Assembly: GCA_018401295.1 (NCBI GenBank)
Contig: JAGYLJ010000001.1
Coordinates: 27,901 to 91,900 of the forward strand
Direction of reading: 5' to 3'
Length of the DNA: 64,000 nucleotides
Source of the DNA: a bacterium
GTDB lineage: Bacteria; Patescibacteriota; Minisyncoccia; Phycocordibacterales; UBA12079
This document shows, one piece after another, positions 28,580-36,549 of the stretch (the stretch's first letter is position 1; each line of letters begins with the position of its first letter). The position numbers and the translations under genes were made by a program. The notes beneath the pieces are model-generated. The model was not told the origin of the DNA. It worked only from the letters and a program-made list of their open reading frames with translations, and searched no databases.

Positions 28580-29317
28580 ATGAAAAAATATGAGATTATC
28601 TCTTCTTTTAAATCTCTTCCTATTGAGATTTTTTGGTATCCAGCTGATAAAAAAACCTTACAAACAATCTTTTTTTTAAAAGGTTTGTATGGCTTACATG
28701 ATCCTAAATCTCAAGATTCTTGGGATAATGAAATTATAAAAGAAGCTAAAAGAAAATATAATTTTGTTTGTATTAATACCGCTAGGGAAAAAATAGATTC
28801 ACCAGAAAAACATTCTCAAGAAGCTTTCGCTCAAAAAACATTTAAAAAAGAATGTGATGATATTTATAGAGCTTATCTATATTTAACAGAGAAAAATATC
28901 TTAAAGAAAACTCAAAAAATCTCAATCATTGGAAACTCTTTCGGTGGGACAACTCTCTTAGGTATTCCGGAATTAATCAAACAAAGTTCTTCTATCATTA
29001 TGATTGGTAGTGGTTGTGGAAAAAGTGCAACAACTATCAAGCCTTTATTAAAAACATTATTTAGTGAAAAGAAGCTTTTAAAATCAATTAGTCAATATCA
29101 AGGAGTCTTTGTTTATGTAAGGGGTTCAGATGACAACGTGGTGCCTCAAGCATCTCAAAATAAGATTATTGAAGCTGTTTCTAAAGCTTCTATAAAAATT
29201 GTTTATACTCTACAAAATGCTCAACATAATTTATCTAATTCTTTGGATTTTTCAACCCACGATCGTGGTAAAATATTAAGTTCTATTTTGGATCATACTG
29301 TCTTTTTGACTAAATAA
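28580..29317 (+). CDS. Alpha/beta hydrolase
   Basis: Nucleophile elbow 'IIGNSFGG'; Asp in 'RGSDDNVV' and His in 'NAQHNL' in the expected order. Confidence 0.6.
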   Translation: MKKYEIISSFKSLPIEIFWYPADKKTLQTIFFLKGLYGLHDPKSQDSWDNEIIKEAKRKYNFVCINTAREKIDSPEKHSQEAFAQKTFKKECDDIYRAYLYLTEKNILKKTQKISIIGNSFGGTTLLGIPELIKQSSSIIMIGSGCGKSATTIKPLLKTLFSEKKLLKSISQYQGVFVYVRGSDDNVVPQASQNKIIEAVSKASIKIVYTLQNAQHNLSNSLDFSTHDRGKILSSILDHTVFLTK

Positions 29318-29352
29318 TTTAAATTAAAATAAGAAAGTATAATAAAAAAATT

Positions 29353-29877
29353 ATGGAATATTTAGAAATTTTAAAAGACAGTGATATTTTTAAAAATCCT
29401 GAACATCAGGAACCTGATTCTTATGAAGAAAGACAAACTGTTAAAGTTATTGTCCTAAATGAAAAAGGGGAGGTTGCTTTGGTAACTAATCCTATTCATA
29501 AACTTTTTTTATTGCCTGGTGGAGGAGCAGAAAGTAATGATTTAGAAAAAGAAGCTGAAAGGGAGGCCTTAGAAGAAATTAATTATTTTGTAAAAATAAC
29601 AAAAGAAGTTGGAAAAATTGAAGAGTTTAGAAACAGAAACGCTAAGCACTACATAACGACTTGTTTCCTTGCAAAAACAATAAGTGAAAATCAGGAGGAT
29701 TTAAGAACAGAAGAAGAAAAGAAGAATGGTTTAATTGTTCAGTGGTTTTCTTATGATGAAGCTTTAAAAATTTTAAGTGGCCAAGTTGAAAAAGTTAAGA
29801 ATGGAGAAGTGGAATTTTATAATACTGCTTTTAATATTATCCGTGATTATTATTTTGTAGATTTAGCAAAATTATAA
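29353..29877 (+). CDS. NUDIX hydrolase
   Basis: Nudix box 'GGGAESNDLEKEAEREALEEINY' (GX5EX7REUXEEXGU). Confidence 0.8.
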   Translation: MEYLEILKDSDIFKNPEHQEPDSYEERQTVKVIVLNEKGEVALVTNPIHKLFLLPGGGAESNDLEKEAEREALEEINYFVKITKEVGKIEEFRNRNAKHYITTCFLAKTISENQEDLRTEEEKKNGLIVQWFSYDEALKILSGQVEKVKNGEVEFYNTAFNIIRDYYFVDLAKL

Positions 29878-29996
29878 AGGTTCGAACATGGGGAAAAGTC
29901 TCGTTAGGCTAAAACATCAAAAATGTTCGCTCGAATATTTTTTAATAAAAATATTTTAGAGGGTGTAAAAAAATATGGCTTTGTTAGGCCGTATTT

Positions 29997-30020
29997 TTGT
30001 CTGCTCCGGCGGCAGGGCTC
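29997..30020. repeat. Island-distal att-type direct repeat (displaced copy of the tRNA-Asn 3' end)
   Basis: ttgtctgctccggcggcagggctc is identical over 24/24 nt to 56561..56584. Both flanking bases differ. Confidence 0.85.
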
Positions 30021-30024
30021 TTTC

Positions 30025-30110
30025 TTACAGAACAGTATACCTTTTGGATATTTTTTTCGTCTTCAACTCAAAAATATCTCAAAAGCTTTTCGAGTCCTGC
30101 TACGGAAAGA
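30025..30110. repeat. Island left-end sequence, duplicated at 27841..27932
   Basis: See the alignment under 27841..27932. Followed by a perfect 12-bp hairpin, aaaccccaatgc/gcattggggttt, at 30119..30148. Confidence 0.6.
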
Positions 30111-30344
30111 AAAAGTAAAAACCCCAATGCTCAATCGCATTGGGGTTTAACTTTCTCTAGCTCCCCGAACAGGTTCAGAACAAAAATATACAGGACACCG
30201 CAAGGTTTTTTGAGATACTTATAGATATGGATCGGAGGCAGACGGGTCGGTCTAAGCAAAAGTAAAATGGGACAAATGAGACACTTCCTGAGGTTTTTTA
30301 AAAAAATGAATATATTCTGTTTTTGTTATATAATAAGTTCTATT

Positions 30345-31205
30345 ATGGCTGAAAATGACAACAAAAGAAGATATTATTCTCAAAGAACAGGTAAAAGAAG
30401 TATAGAGATGGATTTAGATGCTTTAAAAGCTATTTTTTCTAATTTGTATACAGATTTTTTAAATAGGCAGTACTTTGATGAATATTTCGGTAAAGACTGT
30501 CCTGACGATCAAAGTCTAGGAATAGTTGGTGATCCACAAGCATATGTTCTTAGAAAATTAAGAAAAAATAATTTGTGGCCGATAGAAAAAAAATATTTAG
30601 AATATACCGAAGAAGATCTTTTTGATATGATCGAATTTCTTTTTGACCATATTTCTCACCCAATATTAGATAGTGATGCTCATTATCATGATTTTTGTAA
30701 TTGTGGTTATCATTATAAAAATTTTGATAAAAAATTAGCACAAATTGAATATGTAGAAAATATAAATGAATTTTTAAATGATTACGGGGATGGTTATGAA
30801 TTAAATCATAATGGAGAAATCTACTCGCTTTTAAAAGAAGAATTTCGTCCTTTATTAAGTGCTTCGATTCCGACAAATGAAACTGACAATGTAGAGAAAA
30901 AAGTTAGAAAAGCTGTTGATAAATTTAGACGATATGGTTCTACTTTAGATGAAAGAAGAGAATCTGTTAGAACCTTGGCTGATTGCCTTGAATATGTACG
31001 TTCAGATTTAAAAAAGGTGCTTACTAATAAAGATGACGGGGACTTGTTTAATATTGCAAATAATTTTGGTATTAGGCATCATAATGACAAACAAAAAACA
31101 AATTATGATCAGAATATTTGGTTAAGTTGGATGTTTTATTTTTATCTTTCAACAATCCACGCAAGTCTACGTCTTATAGATAAACAAAAGAATGTTAATA
31201 AATAG
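30345..31205 (+). CDS. Hypothetical protein (Abi-like stand-alone gene at the island edge)
   Basis: ATG at 30345 (MAENDNKRRYYSQRTG...) preferred over 30267. 'EDLFDMIEFLFDHISHP' and the C-terminal 'NNFGIRHHND' look like conserved strips. No family assigned. Confidence 0.45.
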   Translation: MAENDNKRRYYSQRTGKRSIEMDLDALKAIFSNLYTDFLNRQYFDEYFGKDCPDDQSLGIVGDPQAYVLRKLRKNNLWPIEKKYLEYTEEDLFDMIEFLFDHISHPILDSDAHYHDFCNCGYHYKNFDKKLAQIEYVENINEFLNDYGDGYELNHNGEIYSLLKEEFRPLLSASIPTNETDNVEKKVRKAVDKFRRYGSTLDERRESVRTLADCLEYVRSDLKKVLTNKDDGDLFNIANNFGIRHHNDKQKTNYDQNIWLSWMFYFYLSTIHASLRLIDKQKNVNK

Positions 31206-31206
31206 G

Positions 31207-32259
31207 TTATTTTATTAATTTAACTAAATCATCTTCTTTTTCATAGACTCGGAAGCGACCAGAAAGAATGCCGAGTCTATAATTTATACCTTCACTCATT
31301 AACCCCCAATTAGTTTCTTTTAGTTTCTCTTTTAATAATTTTTTAAGGTTAGCGGAGCTTTCATATTCATTTTCTGTTTTTGAATCTTCGAGAGTAAAAG
31401 ATAAAGAAACTATTCTATCCATATCTGGTTTATCAAATATAAGATTTGAGTAATGAGTATCTTTTAAAATACTTACAATAAATTCTTTAAATTGGGGAAT
31501 TGTAAGTTTCTTTAATTTACCAACCTTATCATATAGATCTTTATTCTTCTCTTTTTCTTTGTGTTTATCAATTATTTCAGATAGACCTTCCATTCTTCTC
31601 TTAAAATCTAAATATTTATATCCTTTTTCTTCACTTAAGCAAAAACGAGCTTTATCTTTTTCAAAGTTGGGATCGGGTTTTTCTTTTTTAGTTCTCAGAT
31701 CAAATTTATCTATAAATGAATGATCACACTTAGTACAAATATATTTTGTTATGGCAATTTTATTCTTAACCTTTTCTGGTTCACGTGTCATTTCAGAATT
31801 ACATTTTTCACAAAGAGTTGGTGTTGATTTCCAAACCTCACCATTATCAAAAACTCCTTTATTATGCAAACATTTATTTGGACAAACAAAAAAGAAAAGA
31901 ACTCTGTCGTCTTTGTCTCCCCAAAGATGTTTACTTTCAGACTCCATTAAGGAATTACAAGTGCCACATCTTATTAACTCTGGGGGAGGAGTTTCTTCTA
32001 ATAATCTGTCTCTTTCTTCATCTCTTTGCATCCATTTATTTATAACTTCTTCTTTCTTTAAATATTTTTCTCCTGTTATGAAATGTAATTGAAATTCAAA
32101 AAGAGACGCTAACTGTCTTTTTGAAAGGTTTTTACCTTTGTGTTTGGGAGGTTTGTGTTTTGGATCAAACCAAAGTTTTTCCATATCACGACAATAACTA
32201 ATAGTTGTTTTATCATATAAATCAGAATATTCTTGTTTTGGTTTGAGATATTTAATCAT
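31207..32259 (-). CDS. Double zinc-ribbon protein, unknown function (last gene of the TIR operon)
   Basis: 'CGTCNS...CPNKC' and 'CEKCNS...CTKCDH'. Its start overlaps the stop of the upstream gene by 4 nt. Confidence 0.5.
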   Translation of the reverse strand: MIKYLKPKQEYSDLYDKTTISYCRDMEKLWFDPKHKPPKHKGKNLSKRQLASLFEFQLHFITGEKYLKKEEVINKWMQRDEERDRLLEETPPPELIRCGTCNSLMESESKHLWGDKDDRVLFFFVCPNKCLHNKGVFDNGEVWKSTPTLCEKCNSEMTREPEKVKNKIAITKYICTKCDHSFIDKFDLRTKKEKPDPNFEKDKARFCLSEEKGYKYLDFKRRMEGLSEIIDKHKEKEKNKDLYDKVGKLKKLTIPQFKEFIVSILKDTHYSNLIFDKPDMDRIVSLSFTLEDSKTENEYESSANLKKLLKEKLKETNWGLMSEGINYRLGILSGRFRVYEKEDDLVKLIK

Positions 32260-33101
32260 TTTAATAAATAATCAAAAGTTATTTTTTTTTCTTTTATATC
32301 CATGTTTAATAATTGAAGACCTTCTAATGCTTCTGGATGACAATTCAATAAAGTTTTGTTACTCCCACAGTAACAAGATTGTTTCCCTTTGACTTTTTTC
32401 TTTTTTAATTGCTCTTTTATAGAATTAAATTTATTGATATTAGTTATCTCTGCGTCTTTTGCACAGAAAAACTTTATTGAATCTATTACTTCGAGTATTT
32501 TTGCAGAAGTTATTGGTCTTTGTATATTTTTGTATGATTGTATTATACCTAGGAAACCATGGTAATAATCTTTCCATAACCTCTTCCTTGTTTTTTCAAA
32601 ATAACTATTAGAATAAAAGAAAGGAATTAATAAATTATTTATGAAATTTCTTAAATTAAATTCATTTGGTAAATAGTACTCCTCTAATATCGGGGAACAT
32701 AAGCAAAGAGATGTGTCTTTGTTTATGTGTAGATCTGCTGGATTTATTTTATTAAATAAAGAAAAATTAATCATTCTATTACCGATTTCTTTAATTGGGG
32801 GGAATGTTGATTTTTCTTTAAAATACATTGGAATTTCAATTTCATATTGATCCTCTATTAGGTATTCATTAAAAAAATTTCCTGTTGGGTTTATTATTAT
32901 TTTCTTTGATTCTGTATTAAAACTTGCCTTAAAAATAAAATTTCCTTTTATCACATCAAAATCTTCTCCCTTAACTAAATTAAGTTCTGGGTAGTTTTTT
33001 GATAACCATTCAATTTCATCATCGTTAAGGTTTATTTTTTTAGTAGCCCCATTGTCCTGGGGTTTTAACCTCAATATTTTTTTCTCTTTGAGGGTACTCA
33101 T
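32256..33101 (-). CDS. Unknown protein with a C-terminal SEC-C-like metal-binding motif
   Basis: 'CYCGSNKTLLNCH' resembles the SEC-C knuckle. The internal 'LHINKDTSLCLC' strip is noted. Overlaps the TIR gene by 62 nt. Confidence 0.5.
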   Translation of the reverse strand: MSTLKEKKILRLKPQDNGATKKINLNDDEIEWLSKNYPELNLVKGEDFDVIKGNFIFKASFNTESKKIIINPTGNFFNEYLIEDQYEIEIPMYFKEKSTFPPIKEIGNRMINFSLFNKINPADLHINKDTSLCLCSPILEEYYLPNEFNLRNFINNLLIPFFYSNSYFEKTRKRLWKDYYHGFLGIIQSYKNIQRPITSAKILEVIDSIKFFCAKDAEITNINKFNSIKEQLKKKKVKGKQSCYCGSNKTLLNCHPEALEGLQLLNMDIKEKKITFDYLLK

Positions 33102-33615
33102 TACTTTTTTTAGGTATTAATTTAGAATTATTTGATTTATCAACTTTTTTAATAGATTCGTCTACCCATTTCCCAAAATTTTCATAACCATTGTCATTTA
33201 CCCAATCATAGGTATCGGCAATCTTATCTAATGTAATACTATCTTCTATTTCAACTTCATTGAAAGGGTTTTTACCTTTAGGAGTAGTTTTTTCATCAAG
33301 ACCTTTGATATTATGGATATAAACTCCTAATAAAGCATTGCCTTTCTTGTAGCTTTCTTCTATTTCGTATTTTACCCATTCTCTTTCTGATGTTTTTTCA
33401 CCAATTAATACTACGGTAAGCGAAGTACCATTTAGTTGATCTTTAATCCAATCCTCAACAACTTTTTTACCTTTTAATTTTAGTTTTTCCCAATCAGCAG
33501 AATCTATATAGCCAGCTGATTCTCTGTCTGGTTTTGTAATCCAATGATTTCTTACAACACCAATTCTTTTTGAATCTCCTTTGTGATAAAAACTAAAAAA
33601 TACTTTTCTGACCAT
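33040..33615 (-). CDS. TIR-like domain protein (DUF1863/MTH538, ThsB type)
   Basis: 'KVFFSFYHKGDSKRIGVVRNHW', 'TVVLIGEKTSEREWVKYEIEESYKKGNALLGVYIHNIKG' and 'KGKNPF' match the ThsB-type TIR pattern. Confidence 0.8.
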   Translation of the reverse strand: MVRKVFFSFYHKGDSKRIGVVRNHWITKPDRESAGYIDSADWEKLKLKGKKVVEDWIKDQLNGTSLTVVLIGEKTSEREWVKYEIEESYKKGNALLGVYIHNIKGLDEKTTPKGKNPFNEVEIEDSITLDKIADTYDWVNDNGYENFGKWVDESIKKVDKSNNSKLIPKKSNEYPQREKNIEVKTPGQWGY

Positions 33616-33619
33616 ATTG

Positions 33620-34012
33620 TTATATTAAATAAATTACTAATAAATGCGCCATTAAAATACCTCCGTAAAAAATATTTAATGTTTTTGAGAATACTGCACA
33701 GGACCAATTACAATTGCATTCAAAACTTTTAGTGCTCATAGAAAAGTCAACTTTTTCATCTTCTAAATTTCTGACATAATCAAATACTTTAATAAAAAGA
33801 CGTTCTTTGAATAAGTAAAATCCATCAAGTATCCAGAAAAAGATCAATATTACAGAGGATATATATAAATAATCAGTATTTGATTCCTTAAATACCAAAG
33901 CAAAAAGAGCTCCCACCAATGTTATACACCAACCTTTCAAAAGAAATGAATTATGACCCATTCGGTTTATTGCTCCCTGTATAAATTCTAGGTGTTTGAT
34001 TTTATTGTTCAT
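33620..34012 (-). CDS. 130-aa three-TM membrane protein (candidate effector)
   Basis: ATG at 34012 (MNNKIKHLEF...) sits 4 nt after the DUF2188 stop. TM helices 'LLKGWCITLVGALFALVF', 'YISSVILIFFWILDGFYLF' and 'IFYGGILMAHLLVIYLI'. Confidence 0.55.
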   Translation of the reverse strand: MNNKIKHLEFIQGAINRMGHNSFLLKGWCITLVGALFALVFKESNTDYLYISSVILIFFWILDGFYLFKERLFIKVFDYVRNLEDEKVDFSMSTKSFECNCNWSCAVFSKTLNIFYGGILMAHLLVIYLI

Positions 34013-34016
34013 AAGT

Positions 34017-34262
34017 TTAATGTTTTTTGTCTTTGGGTGGGCAAGGATCTTTTCCAGGGGAAACGGTATCACTATCCCTAATAGGGCCTCCGTTTGGTTT
34101 ATGTATCCTAACCTCACCACCTCCAGAATTAGCTGATAATTCTTTTGCTATTTTTTCGGCTTCTTTTTGAGTACTTGCTGTAGCTGATGCACGGTCACCT
34201 CCGGCTTTTTTGATGTTCCATTTATCTGATCCTTTAGGATTTGTGACATGATAATTTGCCAT
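34017..34262 (-). CDS. DUF2188 domain protein
   Basis: 'YHVTNPKGSDKWNIKKAGGDRASATASTQKEAEKIAKELS' fits the DUF2188 pattern. Confidence 0.6.
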   Translation of the reverse strand: MANYHVTNPKGSDKWNIKKAGGDRASATASTQKEAEKIAKELSANSGGGEVRIHKPNGGPIRDSDTVSPGKDPCPPKDKKH

Positions 34263-34278
34263 ATTTTTATTTTATTAA

Positions 34279-34944
34279 TTAATAATCTTCTTTTATTGGT
34301 TCAAAAGTATAATCATCTTGAGGTTTCATTTTTATAACATCAATCACTTTTCCAAAAATTTTAAAGTCTTCTTTCATTATTATCGGGCTGTATCCTTTTG
34401 CTTCTGGATTAAGAATCGTAGCATTTTCTGTAAAATTTATTTTTTTAACTACTGCCATATCTCCTATAATTGCAACTATTCTATCGTTTTCAGTAACATT
34501 TTCAGTAACTTTAACAAGAACGTAATCTCCATCATTGATTCCTGCGTCTTTCATACTCCCGCCAATAGCTTTTATAGCAACAAATTTGTCTTTATCATTA
34601 ATAAATTTTTTATCAATAGTGATATGTTCGTCATATGTTTTTTGAGCAAGAATATTTACATTATCACATCCTGCTGAAGCAAAAACCGGAAGAGTTACTG
34701 TAGATGTTATGTTCTCTTTTTCTTCTATCAATTCAATGTTTCTTTTTTTATACCGATTTCTTTTTATAAGTCCTTTTTTTTCAAGCGATTCAAGATATTG
34801 AGTAACACTTCTCAAAGATCGCACTTTAATTAAAGCCCTAAGTTCTTCTGTGGTCGGGGATTCTCCGTGTTCGGTAATAAAGGTTTTAATAACAGCAAGA
34901 ACCTCTTGTTGTCTTTGTGTTAAAATTCTTTTTCTTCGTTCCAT
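34279..34944 (-). CDS. LexA-like S24-peptidase repressor
   Basis: LexA-type wHTH 'LTQRQQEVLAVIKTFITEHGESPTTEEL', an Ala-Gly site in 'FASAGCD', Ser 'IGGSMKDAGINDGDYVLV' and Lys 'AVVKK'. ATG at 34944 preferred to the TTG at 34980. Confidence 0.8.
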   Translation of the reverse strand: MERRKRILTQRQQEVLAVIKTFITEHGESPTTEELRALIKVRSLRSVTQYLESLEKKGLIKRNRYKKRNIELIEEKENITSTVTLPVFASAGCDNVNILAQKTYDEHITIDKKFINDKDKFVAIKAIGGSMKDAGINDGDYVLVKVTENVTENDRIVAIIGDMAVVKKINFTENATILNPEAKGYSPIIMKEDFKIFGKVIDVIKMKPQDDYTFEPIKEDY

Positions 34945-34993
34945 TCCTATTATTTTACTATATAGGGTTTGGAAAGGCAAGTTTATTTCATAT

Positions 34994-35012
34994 ATAACCT
35001 ACACAAAGTTAT
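34994..35012. promoter_or_regulatory. Candidate operator dyad ATAAC-N9-GTTAT upstream of the LexA-like gene
   Basis: ataacctacacaaagttat. A further aggttat (35037..43) is the reverse complement of ataacct. Confidence 0.3.
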
Positions 35013-35157
35013 CCACAGTTGCTTTTATCTTTGTTTAGGTTATTATATGGACATAGTTTGAAGAAGATTATAAATTTAATATGGTGTGTGTCTCCACCTT
35101 AAAGACATAAAGACAACTGAATATTTTTGAAAATGTAATTAGTGAAGTTTTAAAGAA

Positions 35158-35213
35158 AACTCACATAAGAAGACGTAATGAATTTTTTAACGCCTTCTTG
35201 TGTGAGTTTTTTT
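35158..35213 (+). terminator. Strong rho-independent terminator immediately upstream of the ParB-methylase operon
   Basis: 15-bp stem aactcacataagaag/cttcttgtgtgagtt (one U.G pair), 21-nt loop, then ttttt. Confidence 0.65.
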
Positions 35214-35261
35214 ATTTGCTTACATAAAGATGGAAACATTATAAATTAAGTAATAAAAAAT

Positions 35262-36542
35262 ATGACTATTAAAAAGAAAATTGTTTGGCACACAGAACAA
35301 AGAAAAGTTTCTGAATTAGTGCCTTATTCTAAAAATCCACGAATTTTGTCAGATAAACAACGTGAGGATTTAGAAGCAAGTATCAAAAAATTTGGACTTG
35401 CAGAAATACCAGCCATTAATACAGATAATCTTATTATTGCTGGTCACCAAAGGCTAAAGATATTATTGACGTTAGGAAAAGGTAACGAAATTATTGATGT
35501 TCGAATTCCTAATAGAAAATTAAAAAAAAAAGAATTTGAGGAATACCTACTTAGAAGCAACCGAAATCGAGGTTCTTGGGAATATGAGCTTCTTAAAGAA
35601 TTCGATATAGATTTCTTGTTAGATATTGGATTTGACGACACGGACTTGTTAAATATTTGGGATGATGTTTTAGAAATAGAGGATGACGATTTTGAAATTG
35701 ATAAAGAAATTGATGAAATACACGAAACAGATATTCAGGAAGGAAATTTTTTCCAACTAGGAGACCACTTTTTGTATTGTGGCGATAGTACTGATTTATC
35801 AGTAATTCAAAAATTAGTTGGGAAAAATAAGATAGATATGATCTATGGAGATAGTCCATATAATATTTCTTTAAATTACGACAAAGGGCTTGGAGGAAAA
35901 AGTCACTATGGTGGAAATGTGAGAGATAATTTATCTGATTCAGATTTTAAAGATTTTTTGAAAACAGTAATTTCAAACACTCTTTCTGTTGCAAAAAAAG
36001 ATGCTCATATATTTTATTGGGCAGATTCTCGGTATGTCGGAATGCTTCAAGATATCTACAAAGAATTATATATTAATTACAAGAGAACCTGCTTGTGGAT
36101 TAAGAACGGAATGAATTTGACCCCTCAGATAAGTTTTAATAAGTGCTATGAAAATTGTTTGTATGGAATAATCGGAGAGCCTTATATTGCAGATTTTCCA
36201 AAAAACTTAAATGAAATCTTAAACAAAGAAGTTGGTACTGGTAACGCAACCATTGATGACATTGTTGATCTTTTTGATATTTGGTTAGCAAAAAGATTAC
36301 CGGGATCAGAAATGGAACATCCAACTCAAAAACCTGTGACATTACACGAAAAACCCTTAAAGCGTTGTACAAAGATTGGAGATTGTGTCTTGGACCCTTT
36401 TGGAGGAAGTGGGTCCACAATGTTGGCGTGTGAACAAATGAAAAGGAAATCTTTTTTAGTCGAAAAGAGTCCAATATTTTGTCAGTTAATAATAAATAGA
36501 TATGAAAAAGAAACCGGAATCAAAACAAAGAAAATCAACTAG
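35262..36542 (+). CDS. ParB-like nuclease domain fused to a DNA methyltransferase (phage type)
   Basis: N-terminal 'PYSKNPRILSDKQ...IIAGHQRL' (ParB/Srx fold); 'IYGDSPYN' motif IV variant; C-terminal 'EHPTQKPV..LDPFGGSGST'. Confidence 0.8.
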   Translation: MTIKKKIVWHTEQRKVSELVPYSKNPRILSDKQREDLEASIKKFGLAEIPAINTDNLIIAGHQRLKILLTLGKGNEIIDVRIPNRKLKKKEFEEYLLRSNRNRGSWEYELLKEFDIDFLLDIGFDDTDLLNIWDDVLEIEDDDFEIDKEIDEIHETDIQEGNFFQLGDHFLYCGDSTDLSVIQKLVGKNKIDMIYGDSPYNISLNYDKGLGGKSHYGGNVRDNLSDSDFKDFLKTVISNTLSVAKKDAHIFYWADSRYVGMLQDIYKELYINYKRTCLWIKNGMNLTPQISFNKCYENCLYGIIGEPYIADFPKNLNEILNKEVGTGNATIDDIVDLFDIWLAKRLPGSEMEHPTQKPVTLHEKPLKRCTKIGDCVLDPFGGSGSTMLACEQMKRKSFLVEKSPIFCQLIINRYEKETGIKTKKIN

Positions 36543-36549
36543 TTTACAA

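Noticed and set aside
29923-30224. Track ORFs 29923..30150 and 29997..30224 (75 aa each).
   Set aside because: They run across the att repeat, the island-end repeat and a perfect hairpin. One starts at a TTG that is simply the first base of the tRNA-derived repeat. Their sequence is low-complexity.
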